Shown in pieces: positions 62,302-64,000 of a stretch of 64,000 nt of DNA. Every line of letters begins with the position of its first letter. Within the stretch, counting starts at the first letter, position 1. This DNA is from an uncultured Terracidiphilus sp. (lineage in GTDB: Bacteria; Acidobacteriota; Terriglobia; Terriglobales; Acidobacteriaceae). The translations under genes were made by a program, and so were the position numbers. Under the pieces are notes generated by a model. That model saw only the letters and a program-made list of their open reading frames with translations. It did not search any database and had not been told where the DNA came from. The stretch lies in assembly GCA_964565955.1 (NCBI GenBank), contig CAZMHC010000005.1:11560-75559 (forward strand), in the 5' to 3' direction.

Positions 62302-63240
62302 CTACCGATAAATCTCCGGGATGAAATTCTGCTCCTGAATGGGCGGGCGCACGTACTTCGTCTTATCCAGCTTCGGCAGCTCCAGCGGCTCCGGAGTTAG
62401 ATCGCGGTAGACGAATTGGGAGAGAAGATGCCGGATCACGTTCAGCCGGGCGCATTTCTTGTTCTCCGCGTTCACAACGAACCACGGAGACTGCTTGGTA
62501 TCGGTGACCGCGAACATCTCGTCCTTGGCGCGGGAGTACTCCGCCCAATGCTTGCGCGATTCAAGGTCCATGGGACTGAGCTTCCAGCGCTTGGTGGGGG
62601 TCTTCATGCGGTCCTGAAAGCGGCGTTCCTGCTCCTCGTCGCTGACTGAGAACCAATACTTGATAAGTCGAATGCCGGAGCGCTGCAACATACGCTCGAA
62701 CTCCGGGCAGCTTTGCATGAATTCGAGATACTGCGCCTCGGTGCAGAAGCCCATCACGCGCTCGACGCCGGCCCGGTTGTACCAACTGCGGTCGAACAGA
62801 ACCATCTCTCCGGCGGCGGGCAGATGCGGCACGTATCTCTGGAAGTACCATTGCGTCTTCTCGCGCTCCGTGGGGGTGCCCAGCGCCACAACCTTGCAAA
62901 CGCGCGGGTTGAGCGATTCGGTGATGCGCTTGATGGCGCCGCCCTTGCCGGCCGCGTCGCGGCCTTCAAAGAGAACCACAACCCGCAGGCCTTCTTGACG
63001 AATCCACTCTTGCAGCTTGACGAGCTCGATCTCCAGGCGGGCATACTCCTTCTCGTATTCGCAATCCTTGCCCAGTTTCATAGGCTTGGCGTCATCCGGA
63101 TGCGATAACTCGCCGCTTTTTCCCATCTTTTCCGGTTGCTTTCCATTCAGCGCGGTCTCCGGCAGTTCCTTCTTTTTCGCGTCCTTCATCGGTCCTCCTC
63201 CAGCATCGGGGCCACCGTTCTTCGATCGCGACAACTTCAC
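62302..63240 (-). CDS. ppk2: Polyphosphate kinase 2
   Basis: Motifs are VVVLFEGRDAAGKGGAIKRI (Walker A), RYVPHLPAAGEMVLFDRSWYNR and KYWFSVSDEEQERRF. Confidence 0.9.
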   Translation of the reverse strand: MKLSRSKNGGPDAGGGPMKDAKKKELPETALNGKQPEKMGKSGELSHPDDAKPMKLGKDCEYEKEYARLEIELVKLQEWIRQEGLRVVVLFEGRDAAGKGGAIKRITESLNPRVCKVVALGTPTEREKTQWYFQRYVPHLPAAGEMVLFDRSWYNRAGVERVMGFCTEAQYLEFMQSCPEFERMLQRSGIRLIKYWFSVSDEEQERRFQDRMKTPTKRWKLSPMDLESRKHWAEYSRAKDEMFAVTDTKQSPWFVVNAENKKCARLNVIRHLLSQFVYRDLTPEPLELPKLDKTKYVRPPIQEQNFIPEIYR

Positions 63241-63374
63241 TCAACCGAGCGTCATGCACCCGGATCGTTGCGGTTCAGCCTTCATACGAAGATATTGCGC
63301 AATCCTCCAAATATCAATAGCGTTTTCGCCAAGGGACTGAATCCGTCGTAAAGGGGCGGGGCGCGGCGCGACCG

Positions 63375-64000
63375 CTAACTCCGTTTTTCGCCGACAACCA
63401 GCAAGGTCTGGAATTGCGGAGCATCCGGCTCCTTGTGGACCACGGCACTCTCGACCTTATGAAAGCCCGTCTTGTCCAGCATCCCATCCAGTTCCGCCTC
63501 GCTGAATCCCAGCCATTCGTCGGCGTATAACTCGCGCGCCTCTTCAAAGCGATGCTTGAGCAGATCGAGAATCACGATCCGCCCGCCCGGTTGAAGAATT
63601 CTCCACGCCTCTTGCACGGCCCGCTCCGGATGCAGCGCGTGATGCAAGGATTGCGAGAAGAAGACCAGTTCCACGGCGGCATCCTCGATGGGAAGCTCTT
63701 CCAGATCGCCAAGCCGGTACTCGACGTTCTTCACCTGGTGACGCTGAGCCAGCTCGCGCCCCACCTCGATCATCTTTGCGGAGTTATCCACGGCAATCAC
63801 GCGCTTGGCCCGCTCGGCCAACAGCAGCGCGAATGCGCCCTCGCCCGCGCCCAGATCGGCGATGACCATCGGCGGCATCAGCCGCAACAGCGCCTCGGCC
63901 AGCCCCTTCCAGGACTTTCCCGGCACGTACTCCCGCTCCATGCGTCCGGCGATGCCGTCGAAGAAGCCGCGCATCTTGTCCTGGCGCTTCTTCAAAACGT
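63375..64000 (-). CDS. Class I SAM-dependent methyltransferase; the N-terminus probably lies beyond the window edge (possibly an ArsR-HTH fusion)
   Basis: SAM motif I reads VIADLGAGEGAFALLLA. The frame stays open to the window end. The in-window TTG 63995 or ATG 63974 may not be the real start. Confidence 0.7.
   Translation of the reverse strand, partial: VLKKRQDKMRGFFDGIAGRMEREYVPGKSWKGLAEALLRLMPPMVIADLGAGEGAFALLLAERAKRVIAVDNSAKMIEVGRELAQRHQVKNVEYRLGDLEELPIEDAAVELVFFSQSLHHALHPERAVQEAWRILQPGGRIVILDLLKHRFEEARELYADEWLGFSEAELDGMLDKTGFHKVESAVVHKEPDAPQFQTLLVVGEKRS

Overview
This is a GC-rich bacterial chromosomal window with strong third-position GC bias. Many of the long ORFs in the track are antisense artefacts of that bias. 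The gene content suggests Acidobacteriota, but that is inference only. I found no rRNA, CRISPR array, transposase or integrase.

Positions 1-16 kb carry a macro-domain gene fragment, a PAS/HAMP sensor histidine kinase, a Pro-rich lipoprotein, a TPR protein, a YvcK-like protein and a DUF3617 lipoprotein. An AT-rich block of unexplained repeats follows at 5.67-6.36 kb. Next comes a six-gene minus-strand operon (12781 down to 6376) in which every junction is an ATGA overlap. It encodes three paralogous multi-pass membrane proteins, then DUF4129, DUF4350 and a MoxR AAA+ ATPase. It faces a divergent ECF sigma / zinc-finger anti-sigma pair. DUF503, tRNA-Cys(GCA) and a rhodanese gene complete this part.

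Positions 16.2-57.7 kb are one large cell-envelope glycan locus. It has a Wzy/O-antigen-ligase-like protein, Wza, a Wzc-like protein, a Wzx flippase, a priming polyprenyl-phosphate sugar transferase, eight or nine glycosyltransferases and three LbH acyltransferases. Regulators are an XRE protein and a specialised NusG paralog.

The main finding is that a hybrid NRPS-PKS assembly line sits inside the flippase/glycosyltransferase operon and is translationally coupled to it. Its layout is A-T, then KS-AT-ACP-aminotransferase-C-A-T, then C-T-TE. An Sfp-type PPTase, a type II thioesterase and two JmjC/cupin oxygenase paralogs accompany it.

The right flank (57.9-64 kb) is ordinary: an aldo/keto reductase, a Zn-dependent alcohol dehydrogenase, trpE, a DUF360 membrane protein, ppk2 and a partial SAM methyltransferase.
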